A stretch of DNA of 63,662 nt, filler included, from Chiloscyllium plagiosum (Eukaryota), in NCBI RefSeq assembly GCF_004010195.1. It is 4 parts of one record of this genome, joined end to end, with 100 filler letters (N's around TTAATTAATTAA, not from the genome) between each part and the next. Parts side by side here need not be neighbours in the genome. Positions count along the whole stretch, not along the records: positions 23,511 to 38,172 come from NC_057710.1; 3 more parts are not named here. One strand, 5' to 3'. The position numbers and the translations under genes were made by a program. Below are positions 23,511-36,257 of this stretch, piece after piece. The notes beneath the pieces are model-generated. The model was not told the DNA's origin. It saw only the letters and a program-made list of their open reading frames with translations, and made no database searches. How positions within the stretch are numbered: the stretch's first letter is position 1; every line of letters begins with the position of its first letter.

Positions 23511-26500
23511 GTGCGGGGTTGTGAGACTGAGGTTGGAGGCGGTGGATGGGAGATCCCCCGAGGTGATAAGGTTATGGATGGTCTGGGAGATGATGGTTTG
23601 GTGGTGGGAGGTGGGGTCATGGTCAAGGGGGCAGTAAGAGGAGGTGTCCGCGAGCTGGCGTTTCGCCTCAGCGGTATAAAGGTCGGTGCGCCAAACTACT
23701 ACCGCGCCTCCCTTGTCTGCTGGTTTGATAGTGAGGTTGGGGTTGGAATGGAGGGAGTGGAGGGCTGCACATTCCGAGGGTGAGGGGTTGGAGTGGATGA
23801 GAGGGGTGGAGAAGTTGAGGCGATTAATGTCGCGGCGGCAGTTGGCTATGAAGAGATCAAAGGCGGGTAAGAGGCCAGCACGGGGTGTCCAGGTGGATGG
23901 GGTGTGTTGGAGGCGGGAGAAGGGAGTAGGTAATGATGTTCATTTCAAGAATTAATGCAGATACAATGGGCTGAATGGTCTTTTTCTGTGCCATGATATG
24001 GTTATCAGCTTCCCTAAATTTTCTATCAATTTTTTGGCCTACTCGTTGTTAGCTTTCTCAATGAATGTGAAACATTCAGTTGTCGAGAATTCTCCTGAAT
24101 ATGGTCTAGAAAGTGTTGTCCCCCTCTACCTTTACACAACTACTATCTCAGGCTACATTTGGGTAAATAAATTCCCCCCATTACAATTTCTGTTTAATTT
24201 TTAAATCTCTGTATTTTGTTGCAAATTTGTTGCTGTGTATTGTTCCCACTGGTTGCTGACCTGTTGGCTACACTTAGCAATGGAATTCTACCTTTTTTTC
24301 GCCTGTGGCTCAAGCCATATTGATTCTGTCCTTGACCTCCGTGATACATCCATTTTCTCCAGCACAGCAATGTGGTCCTTAATTCTGCCACTTGTACCCA
24401 TTTTGTCCCTTTCCATATTTCCTGAACACCTTTTACCTAGGAATATTTAAATCTAGGAATATTTAACATCAAGTCCACCCTTCCTTTGCACAGGTCTCTG
24501 TTGTAGCCACAACATCATATTTCCATATGGCAATCTGCGCCTGTAATCCCCAATCTTTCTTACTATACTCTGTGAATTTGCATCCATACATGGTAGTGCT
24601 GGTTGAGACTTTGTACCCTTCCTTTAGTCTGACCCCACCTATTACCTGACTGTTCTCTAGTGCTATCGCTCTCCTAGTATAGTGTACAACTTTGATATTC
24701 CTCTCTGATATTGTATCCTTGTTACCACATTCCTCTTGAAAATGTCAGGTTTAAATGGCTTTAACTTTCCCCAGACCATTAGAAACCACCTACAACGAAC
24801 CAAATCTCAGTTCTGATCAGGAAACTGTCTCGCTTTCCATCTCTCCAGGGGAAGCCCCAGTGTCCTGAGAATCTAGTGCCCTTCTGTCCACTATAAATAT
24901 TTAGCCACATGTTTATCTGTCTTATCCTCCAATTTTTTAACTCCCCTCTGTATGGTACTGGGAGTAATCCAGTGATTACAGTGGTCAGTGAATTTTCAAC
25001 TAAGAACCCTAAATTCTGACTGCAGAAACATCACCTTCTTTCAATCTACCTCACTGGTCATACAAGTTGACCACTGGCGGTTGTTCACCATTTTCACTTC
25101 AGGGTGCCCTGCAATCACTCACTGACATCCTTGATCTTGGCACTACGGAGACAATGCACCATACGGGACTCATGTCTGTGTCCACAAACATGCCTCCTTT
25201 TCTGAGAACAAGTCATCTTTCACGATTGGTCTTCCAGAGTTCTTTGTTTCCCACCAACATATCAACCTAATGCTGCCGAGCCACTTGTGGTGATGTCACC
25301 TTGGCTCTAGCCATTCTCCTCAATGGTTGGAGAGTGAGGTATAGTCTAGAAACTGTACAACGTGACTAGCGTCTTTGACTGTATAGTGGTCACATAATTT
25401 GTCTATCCCTGCACTTCCTTAAGCTGCAGTGTGACCACTTATATAAATATACCATCCACGTGTCACAAATGCACATAACAATGCCAACTGCAACTTGAGT
25501 TCCAAATCTGTGAATTCAAGTTGCTACAACAGAAGGCACTTGCTGCATAATTGGTTATCCAGTTGGAAGTGTCCTGTAGTTCCCAAAATGAGCCCTATGG
25601 AATGTGGAGCAGCCTTGATACTTTTGCTACTATGTTTATTTAAATATCTAGTTACTGCTAATCACCCTTTTTACTGCTAGGACCAAAATGCTTGACCAAA
25701 ACTAGTATGCCTTGCTATCCATAAATCCAACTAATATTGATAAATTTTGCTACACTTGATACAAATTACTATTGGTAATAAAACTTGTGTAAAAATACAA
25801 AATATGACCTTCTGCCTATTCTGTTGATATTGGTATTATGATTTTGATTTTTAAAAAAAAATCTGTTTGTTTGTACTCCATTGCTAAACAGCAATACTCA
25901 CCAGCCAATCACCCACCACCTCCCTTCTGGTGTCACTGCGATTATCTTTCAAAATGCCTCTTCTGCCTGGTCCCTGGTAGCAACAATAATTCTTGCTGCT
26001 GAAGGACTGAGTGCTCACTGCCTGATGCAGCTTTTTATCTTTACCACTGGTCTTGCTGCTCACTGACCATAGTCTGCCAAAAAGAAAGCCTTTCAGGCGC
26101 TTGTTAGAGTCTTTTTTAGAAAGTTATAATTGAACCTGCCTCTGCCATGTCATTCCCTTGTCAGGCAGTGCATTCCAAATTGCAGCTTATAGCTTGCAAA
26201 TTGGGTTTTTCTTCATGATACCATTTAACAAGCTCTTCTGTCCTAGCCATTCGAACAAGCCTATTGTCACTTACATTGCTTTTCCATTACAATTAATGTT
26301 TCATATTTATCTATTTGAGATATTTTGTTTAAGTCTTATTTCAATGGCAACTTTGGAAGAAGTGCTAATACTGATACCAATTTATTTGAAGTTGAACATT
26401 TTTGAAAATTGGCTGAAATGTTTCTTTTGATTTTTTTTTCATTTTCATTTTTCAATATTGTTATCATAGAATCCCTGTTATGTGCAGTTGTGTCTAAATT

Positions 26501-27729
26501 CCAGGGATTTGATTTGACTGCACTGACTAGTTTCTTGGACTACAGTGGTCACATATTTTGTCTATCCCTGCATTTCCTTAAGCTGCATTCAGTTAGTGAC
26601 TGTGGGCTAGACTGATAAAATATTGTACATCACATGTTTCAGGAGTGTGCATTGTAACTTAGTGCTGCCTTGTATTTGTCTGGCACTGAGGTTTGGTCTG
26701 TGATAAAATATATTTATCCGGAGAATGCGAGAAAGTCTAGTAATCTCTTATCTTAAAAACAAATGTAATTGCTCTCTTTGTTATAAAGTGTTTCATGAAG
26801 GTTATGAAAATCAATAGGATATGTTTTGATCAATCAATTTCGATTTCCTTTCTCCCATGTGCAATTTATACAGTGATCAGAGTTGTGATATGTCAATGCA
26901 GCATATTCCTAAACCGCTGGTCTTGCCAGAGGAATGTACTTCCTGTTATTTTCCTAAATATCAAGATCTGACCCATTGAGTGTTTTGTGACTTATCTAGT
27001 GAAATAACCCAGAGTCCCATATACAAAATAACAAAACATTCTTTTCAACAGAACTTAATACTAGTTTTAGTGCAAATACTTGATACAGTTGATTGGCATA
27101 TCTCCAAAATAACTTAACTGAGTGAGGGGGAGGAAAGGAGGTTTCTGGCATGTTTTTCTTTGCAGTCCTGCACTGGCTCTCAACTTGTCTCCTCTTATAT
27201 CCTAGTGGCTCTGATGCTTTCTTTGCATTTGTTCCTGGGTGTCATTAGAATGCAGGTACAAGTCGACCTTGTATGTAAGTGTTGTTACCAAGATACCCAG
27301 TATACATGGAAAAGTGGTCATAATGAGATTAAACCTTTTCTGCAGCAGGAATCAACTTCCAGAGGCCTTCAGTTTTAAGGATATTGATTTTGCTCAAAAA
27401 GTAGCTGTATATTAGAACCATCTGTAAAAGCAAGTTAGTGAGTGAAACTGTGGAATTTGTTAGCACGCAGTATATTGTGAAAGGAGTCTTGACATGCTGA
27501 GAGTTATCCTTCCATTTGACAACCAAATTCGTAATAAGTTAGGGAGATCCAAAGGGAAAATAGTTGCTTGTGTAAAAAGACTGTAAGCGCTTTGCTTGGG
27601 CACTGTCTGTTTGGATTTCTACCTGGCTTTAAAAGAATAATGGCAAAAGGGACTGAGTTTGACTACGGTGCCTGGATTGATTAAGTAGATGAGTTAGACA
27701 AAGGTTGATAGTGACTAAGTAGAAAGTAA

Positions 27730-27885
27730 GGACTGGAGATCAGAGTTGAGAGTGTGGTGCTGGAAAAGCATAGCAGGCCAGGCAGCATCCTGATGAAGGG
27801 CTTATGCTTGAAGTGTCGATTCCCCTGCTTCTCGGATGCTGCCTGACGTGCTGTGCTTTTCCAGCACCATGCTTGCAACTCTGGT
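27730..27885. mobile_element. Palindromic PLE-terminus remnant with a degenerate hammerhead
   Basis: Arms GTGCTGGAAAAGCA.AGCA.G.CAGGCAGCATCC / GGATGCTGCCTGAC.TGCTGTGCTTTTCCAGCAC; centre CTGATGAAGGGCTTATGCTTGAAGTGTC. Confidence 0.75.
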
Positions 27886-28424
27886 CGTGACTAAGATTTG
27901 TTTGAACTGAAGTAAATGGCACCTTCAATCTCTTTTACTGAAACCCATGCAGTTTTTAGTGGATAATTTAAATTTTTATCAGTTATGGCACATCTTAAGT
28001 GCAAAGGAGAGGTAATTTTGCTACTGCAAAGCTTGAACAAAATAATTTTATTTAAATGTTGTTGCATATAGGTTGTGTGGGCTTGATTTGGCTTTACTGA
28101 CAAGAGTCAATTCAATTGGTGGCTATATGTTATGAATTAACACATTTCTCAATACTTTTAAAGATTGTTGAAACTGAAACCTGTCTTCATAAAATTCACC
28201 AAATTTGTATCCATTTCCACATGATGGAAAAGAGATGGAAGAAAAAGTACGTGCTATTGGGAGTGTTTACATATATTTCAGGATTGCACAGCTTCATGTG
28301 CAGTGAATCTAAGAACAGGATAACTGATCAATAAGTGATTCAAGAACATCACCAAACAAATGCAGAAAATGTCATCTCTAAGTCTGTGTGCGTTTTCACT
28401 TCTGTGATATTATTCAACTGTTTC

Positions 28425-28960
28425 AACACATCCATTGCTGAAATCCTCATTCATGCATTTATTACCTTGTGACTTGACTATTCCAACACACACTTAGCTG
28501 TTTTCCCACATCATACAGTTCTTTTCTCCAAAGCCTGTTCACCAGTCATTGGTGAAGAGTATGATGGAACAGTCTCCACTTGGCTGGATGAGTGCAGCTC
28601 CAATAACACTCAAGAAGCTTGACACCATCCAGGACAAAGCTCGATTGGGACTACGTTGGTAAACATTCACTCCCTTCCCCAAATTGTTGGTTTTAATGTT
28701 CTCATCCTTGTTTTCATATCTCATCATGGTCTTATTCTCTCTTTTCTGCAATTTCCTCTAACCTCACAACCCTCTGAGCTGTCTGTATTCTAACTTAGGC
28801 CTTTATGCTTTTCAAATTACAACTGCTCCATCATTAAAGGGTGTGCCTTTAGTTGCCTAAACTCTAAGCTTCGAATTTCACTTCATCTCTTTCTCCCACT
28901 TTTTTCTTCTTTTCTTGCACTTATTGCAAATTACTGACAACACTTTTGGTCATCAGATTT
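28425..28960 (+). mobile_element. Ancient L2 LINE 3' remnant with a nested fragment of another LINE (about 28545-28680)
   Basis: 28437-28487 translates AEILIHAFITL*LDYSN, matching the L2 C-terminal motif L.HAF..SRLDY.N. Confidence 0.6.
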
Positions 28961-30489
28961 AATATCTCCTTTAATTCTTCTGAAGAATCTCTGGACTCAA
29001 AACATTAACTCTGCTTCTCTCTCAAGTAAAGTATATATACTGTTTTTTTCCCTATGGATCACTAGATCATCAATTTCAAATAATTTTGAAATCTTTTAGT
29101 TTGAAGATTATTTTGAGAAGTAAAATTGTTCCCATTTCCTCTCTTGGTTTATTCCACAAAGGAAAAGAAGTAAAACATTGTCATGAAAATGTTCTAATTG
29201 ATAAATTGTTTGAGGGAGGAGACAGTGACTTAAAAACCAAAATTATTCTGTTTTTCCACTTAGTTTCTTTCTTTATATAGCTATGGTTTTGTTTCTATAA
29301 ATGGCCTAAGTCTCTTGAATATCAAAACATGGATCTTTTTCTGCTGTGAATGAGCTAAAGTAGCCCAAAGGGAACAGTTAGGCTTGAATTGTTATTGAAT
29401 GGGAGAATATGTTGAATACGCACATTCTCCTCCCATCCCCTCAAAATGGAAAAATAGAGCAATGCATGAGAGCTAAAACTAATGATGTGGAATTATGTAG
29501 AAATAAAACAATATACAGCAGTGAAGTGCAATGTAGTACTTTTGTATACTCTTGTTTAGAAAGCTTCTACTTTGATTCTCTTGACAATTAGAAACTTATT
29601 TGGGTGAAAGTCAAGTGTCTCTTCACATCTTGTGATGACAATAAGACCAAAAGACATAGGATTGGAAGTAAGGCCATTCGGTCCATCGAGTCCACTCCTC
29701 CATTTAATCATGGCTGGGCATTTCAATGCCACTTAACTGCACTCTCCCCATATCCCTTAATTCCTTGCGAGATTACATTCCAACCCTCTTGAGGTAAATA
29801 CAGCTAAAACATCAGACTTTCACATAGTTGTACAGATTCTTTAAATAGAGTTAAAAGTACAAAAGGAGGCCATTTGGCCCTCCTTGTCTATGATGGCTCT
29901 TTCAAAGAGCCATTCCATTTATCCCATGGTTTCCTATGGTTCTGTAATTTTCTTTCTCTAGTAACTTATCCAATTCCAATTTTGAAATTTATTATTGAAT
30001 CCACTTCAATTTCTTATTTAATTAAATGTATTTTAGATTAGAACAGCTCACTGTGCAACAAAAATAAAATACTGCAGTTGCTGGAAATCTGAAATAAAAA
30101 TAAGTCTGACAGCAACTGAAGCAGTTATTGTTTCGAGTCCAGGATCACTACTTCTGAGCCTATATTTTCTGTGACCGCACAATAGCACACTTTGATTTCA
30201 TGGAAACCAATAAATCAGGCAATTCTCTTTGTACGGTCCTCATCTCCACTCCAAGTGACACAGACTTCCTGAAGAAGAGTCACATAAGACTTGAAACATT
30301 AACTCTGTGTTTCTTCCCCCATAGATTCTGCCAAGCTTACTGAATTTCTCCAGCATTTTCTATTTTTAACTCAATATCTCAATATATTCAACTCTTTTAT
30401 CTCTCACTCATTGTTTCTTGCTTTGTCGTTGAGTCTTTCCTCCACTGGAAGCAGTTCTTCCTGATGTACTTTATTGAAACTGTCCACAT

Positions 30490-31998
30490 CCAGACTGATC
30501 TAGTGATGGGTAGGAAATAGAAGGGGATAGTTAGTAAGTAAATTTGTGGGTAGCCCCAAAATTGGTGGTAGAGTGGACAGTAAGAAGGTTATCTAACAGC
30601 ACCATGGGATCTTGATCAACTGGGCCAGTGGACTGAAGAATGGCAAGTGGAGTTTAATTCAGACAAATGTGAGGTGTTGCATTTTAGTAAGACAAAGCAT
30701 TGCAAGACTTGGGTAATTAATGGTAGGGCCCTGGGGATGTTATAGAACAAAGACTTAGGAGTGCAGCTACATCACTCCTTGAAAGTGGTGTGACAGGTGG
30801 TTGGTCGTGAAGACGACATTTGGCACGCTTGCCTTCATTGGTCAGAGTATTGAATACAGGGGTTTGGATGTCATATGGCTGTACAAGACATTGATGTCTA
30901 TATTTGGAGTACTGTATATAACTCTGGTCGTCCTACTATAGGAAGGATGTTTGTAAATTGGGAAGGGTGCAGAAAAGATTTACAAGGCATGTTACTGAGA
31001 CTGAAAGGTTTGAGTTACGAGGAAAGGCTGGATAGTGTCCTAGAGATTTACAGCATAGAAACAGACCCTTTGGTCCAACTTTTCTATGCAGACCAGATAT
31101 CCTAAATTAATCTATTCCCATTTTCCAGCACTTGGCCCATATCCCTCCAAACCTTTCCTATTCATATACCCATCCAGACACTTTTTTTAAAAAAATGCTA
31201 TAATTGTACCAGCCTCTACCATGTCCTCTGGCAGCTCATTACACACAGGCACTACCCTCTGCATGAAAAAGTTGCCCCTTAGGTCCCTTTTTAAATCTTT
31301 TCCCTCTCTCACCCTAAACCTATTCCCACTAGTTCTGGTCTCCCCCAGTCCCCCACCCCAAGGAAAGGGCCATGTCTATTTACCGTATCCATACTGCTCA
31401 TGATTTCACAAACCTCTATAAGGTCACCCCTCAGCCTCAGACACTCCAGGACAAAATAGCCCCAGCCTGTTCAGCTTCTCCTTATCGTTCAAATCCTCCA
31501 ACCCTGGCAACATCCTTGTTAATGTTTTCTGAATCCTTTGAAGTTTCACAACATTGTATCTTTTGGAGAGAGACCAGAATTTCTGTGATTTTGTTTTCCC
31601 TGGAGTGCTTGAGACTGAGTGGTGACCTTATAGAGGTTTATAAAATCATGAGGGACGCAGATAGGGTGCATAGTCAAGGTCTTTTCAACAGGATAGGGGA
31701 GTCCCAAACTAGAGGATATAGCTTTAAGGTGAGAAGGGAAACATTTAAAAGGGACTTGAGGAGCAATGTTTTCAGACACAGGGTGATACACATATATAAT
31801 GAGCTGCCAGAGGATGTGTCGAGACTGATACATTTACAATATAAAAAGAAATTTGGTACATGATACATTGATAGAAAAGGTTTGGAGGGATATGAGCCAA
31901 TTGCAGGAAAATGGGACTGGTTGAGTTTCGGAAACTGGATCGGCATGGGCAAGTGGGGCTGAAGGGTCTGTTTCCATGCCATATGGATCTATGACTCT
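30490..31998 (+). mobile_element. CR1/HER1 3' portion with an oppositely oriented HER1 3' end nested at about 31037-31580
   Basis: The plus-strand copy breaks at EERLD and resumes at LFSLECLRLSGDLIEVYKIMR; the intervening sequence is the reverse complement of the HER1 tail. Confidence 0.85.
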
Positions 31999-32611
31999 AG
32001 TTTTGCAGTTCCTGACTTGTGATTTCTGTATGATATAGCAAAGAGGTATCAACAGTCCTTGGAAATTTTAATTGTTAAGAGTGGGGAATGTTTGAAAGTT
32101 CAGACACTGAGATAATTTGCTGCTGCTTCACTAATTAACCATAATCATCAAATGCAGCAAAGATCGTGGATTGTAGAAAGGTTCACAATAATCTGTATGC
32201 TTTACCAGTGCTTGATAATTTATCATCCGACTAATCCAACAATTGTGTTGATATATTCAAGACTTATCACACTGGAAACAATGCCCTGTTTGGTCTCTGA
32301 TGTGTACTGAATTTAATTTATTTGAGGAGGATTAAAAGGTTTGAAAGTTTACAAAACTGCTTCTATGCTAAGTGGAATAAGTGTGACCATTACGTCAGTT
32401 TATTATCATTTGATGTTCACACTTCACACATCAGTCCTGTGCCTACAGAATAAAAAATAAATCCACGTTCCTGAATTCCTTGTTCATGATTGAGCAGAAT
32501 TTCTTGCCCCAACTTCCTGCCAGATACTGTGCTTAATATCTCTTCCTGATGGGGTCTCAGTTGCTGCAGAACTTGTGGAACCAGACTAGTTTTAGTTATT
32601 TGATAACGAGC

Positions 32612-32927
32612 AACATGGTAGCTCTGCTGCCTCACACTGCCAGGGACACTGTTCACTTCCAGCCTTGGGGTGCCTATTTGGGAGTTTGCACATTCTCTCT
32701 GTGTCTGCTACGGTTTCCTCTGCAAAAATGTATAGGTAAAGTGGAATGGCCATGCAAAATTTCTCTGTAGTATCTAGCAATGTTAAGAACAGCTGGATTA
32801 GCCACAGTAAATGCAGGTTTACAGGGATGAGGTGGAGAGGTGGGTCTGGGTGAGATGCTTTTCAGAGAGTCAGTGCAGACTCGAGGCCAAATGGCTTCTT
32901 TCTGCACTGTAGGGATTCTATGATTCT
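32612..32927 (+). mobile_element. HE1-type SINE, degenerate
   Basis: CTGCTGCCTCACACTGCCAGGGAC head; GGAGTTTGCACATTCTC; tail CTGCACTGTAGGGATTCTATGATTCT. Confidence 0.8.
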
Positions 32928-35900
32928 AATATATGATGTGGACAGAAATGTGTGGGTTTCAGTACTTTGAACTGAAGCAACTGAAAAAGCTCTGGAGGCC
33001 AGGTTAAATGATGTAAACAGAGAACCAGCCTATTTTAATGCCACTATAATGTAGGAAATAATATTGTTTAACTTTAGTAAACAATAGTTTGTTCATTGTA
33101 GCTCAGGATATAAACTTCTGTAAGAAGTCTATTTAGTCGAAGTGATTTATCAGAATACAAAAAAGGCAATTGACAATTTTAGTATTATAGTTTAATAAAA
33201 CCAAAGTGAGATCCCAAGCGGTAACATTTCATAAGTGGGCTTTTAGAAAAAAATTGTTCAAGTTACTAATTCCAGTGTTTTATCCAAAATTTTCAAGTAC
33301 AAGAGTTTGAAGATATTTCTATTCAATGTAGCTTTATGCTGACATTGATTTGTAGGTGTTGGAGTTATTTTGCAAAACACTTAGCCTGGGATGCCAAACA
33401 GCAGTACAAAATGCCTTCACTTAAACATGTGTAAAGGCGATTTTACTGAAACTGTGTGATTGAGCTAACTTAGAGTATAATTCTATTTAAAATAATTTTT
33501 CACTGGAAATGTTAGTTTTCACTGGACATGCATAGTTCAGTGCTGAAGGAAATAACAAAAGACATATATGTTAATTGTATAAGATGTTGTTTCTTCTTTC
33601 CAGGTTGAATTCTCACTTGTACATTTTCTTGCAAACTGATTGAGATTCTAGTCACGTAAGATTATCCAAAATAATTTGTATTCAGACTAAATTCAAAGAT
33701 TTTTTTAGAAATTTGCAGTGGTTTTTGATAATTTTTTTCTCATCTATTCACATTTCTGTTTACTGAACAAAAACTAAAAATTACAATTGCCTTGTTTTGT
33801 GTAGTTTTATCCAAGAGCTTGATTTCAATCGACTGTCAGGTATTTGGTATTGGTGTATTCTTGCTGAAGGGGAATGATTCCACAACTTGAAGTAGTTAAC
33901 ACCTAATTTAAATCATTCTTTATATTTTGTTCTATCCTTTTATTGTAATTTGGTTTACTTGCATGAATTCTATGCAGCTTCTTTTTTCCCTAATACAAAT
34001 TTTCCTGTTGTTCCAACGTTGTTAGCCTGCTCTTAAATAGGATTGCTTACATTATTTTGGACAGAACCAGGCTATTGAAACCAAGCAGTCCGTAATAGTT
34101 GTGTTTATGCCCTACCGGAAGCTTCTGCCACCTTTTTCCATCTAAATCAGCTGTCATAACCATGTACTCCTTCCTCACGTACATGTCTAGTTTCCAAGTA
34201 AATACGTTTTTATTTACTTTGTTCTGAATTCCTCACGAGATTTTTTTGCTGACCATCTGTATTGATACTGTCTAGTTATGTTCATCCCTACAAGGGAAAC
34301 CATTCTCTCTGTATCAACTCTCTTATCAGAGCCTTATAATTTTAGATGCCTCTATTTGGTCAATCCTCAGCTCTATTTTCAATACTCTGCCCTTTAATTC
34401 TTCCCTGATATGGATACCTACACATTTCTGGTATTATCCCTGGAACCTTCTCTGCACCTTGTCTCGAATTATTTTTAGAATGTAGTGACCAGAACTGCAT
34501 GTTGTATTTTAAAGTGTGGTCTAAACCACAGATTTACCTTAACTTCCCTTCATTTAAATATTTATTTAAATATAAGTTTTAAAACGCGAGAACCAAGTGC
34601 TTTTTTTCCAGGGCAGTGTCCATGAAAATGTGTGACTTGGGGGCTGGCCACTGAGCTGGGAGAGAGTACTTTCTACTTGTAACCAAGAATGTGCTGAATA
34701 CGTGTTTGAAAACTGAGATCGGAACAGAAGAAGGTCTGATTTTGGATGTTTAACTGAATTAGGGCTTCTGGAGGATTGCTGATGCCTTTTGAGAAATTGT
34801 AAAGAACTTCTCACATTTCCTGAATTGACTAAGGGTGTTTCAAGTGTTTCCTTTGCTCTTCTAGAAAATGGGTCAGAGAGAAAAGACAGGATGAGGATAA
34901 TTAAATGAGTCCAATGAGAATAGGACAAGTGCTGTGGGCTCATGACCTATACTTCACCAAAGTACACAACATGACATTATTTCACGATAGATACAATGAA
35001 AAAGGGTTAGAAACCTTCTTTCAGCTATCCAGTTTGATGTTCAGTTAAGCCCCAATTCTGATTTTTGCTTTGTTTATTTTCCAACTGCAGCAAGGATGGC
35101 AAATAAACCTGCTTCACGCCAATCTGTGGGCAGTAGTGTGAGTTAGTAAAGCTAGAATACTGACTTCTCTTTTCTTCAGGTGTTCCTTAGACTGGAAATT
35201 TTACAAATCAAAATGCTGTGAGTAAATAATGTTTTTCTTTAAAAAGAGATTAATAATGCTGTCAATTTCTTTTGCAAGGTTGTGGCAGATTATTCTCCCA
35301 ATAGTGAAAGGCTGTTGCCATTGACCTCATGCACATTCGTTCCGTTGTTTTCACAATAGATTTCTATTAATTCATGTGTTTTGAACAAGAGTGGCATCTG
35401 TTACAGGGAACCTGTGGTATCTGCAGAGGTAAAGCAGCAAAGAGCTCTTGAACAAATCATACCAAAGAATCTTAAGACATGAGGAGTGAAGATGATAACA
35501 ATATATTTTAGTTGTCGTTCAAGGTGAAATTACAGTTTGCTGTATCCAGAAGGTGCTAAAGATAAAGAAAGGAAGAGACGTACCAAGAATGCACAATGGA
35601 AAAGAGAAACTTCTTCATTTTCACAAATCTGCAATGTTAATTATCTTAGTGAAGGAGACTCTTTTCATGTCAATTTTTCATGGTCAGAGTTGATTCAGAA
35701 ATTATCACTATTTTCACTATTTCCAAACTCACTACTTCTGAATGTACGAGCCTGAATGTTTCCAACTTTAAATGCAGAATTAAACCAGTGGTCAAGCTGT
35801 TATAATGTTTCAGTGGTGAGTCTGTGAACAAAGGCCACCAAGAACATACTGTAATGGAGCAGGGTATTCTGACAGCAACTTATGCATTTCCGCATTGAAT

Positions 35901-36257
35901 TGTGCATGTTTTGTCGTCATATGTTGCTGTCAGATTTATCCTAAATTAGTGGCAAATGCAATTAACCCTGCCCTTTTTTTATGCAGGATAATGAGCGCCA
36001 GGAAAAATACATTGCACAGTTTTTCAGGAACTGTGTCACCTGTCAAATGCTAATAATTTCAGCAGATATGACAGCTGTGTTTCAAGTGATGAAAAGATAG
36101 GATGATAGAATCTTTTAGAATCTACAGCACATAAGTGCTGTCACACTGGGTTAATTCTGCTGACTGTAATGCATGTAAATCTCCATCCCTTTTACTTCAT
36201 CTAAACCTATTCACATATCCTTCTTTATCTTCTTTGTCATGTAGTTATCAAGCTTCA

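Larger units (their letters stand above)
23266..23924 (-). mobile_element. Penelope-like element spanning a gap, with a 14-bp TSD
   Basis: Minus strand at about 23688-23732 encodes TIKPADKGGAVVVWR (PLE DKG motif); terminal hammerhead region at 23266-23410; AGTAGGTAATGATG at 23252-23265 and 23925-23938. Confidence 0.85.

Noticed and set aside
33595..33640. Resemblance to the DCUN1D4 N-terminal peptide FQLNSHL...LAN, a gene from the same synteny block
   Set aside because: It requires two frameshifts in under 45 nt and is followed by stops; most likely chance.
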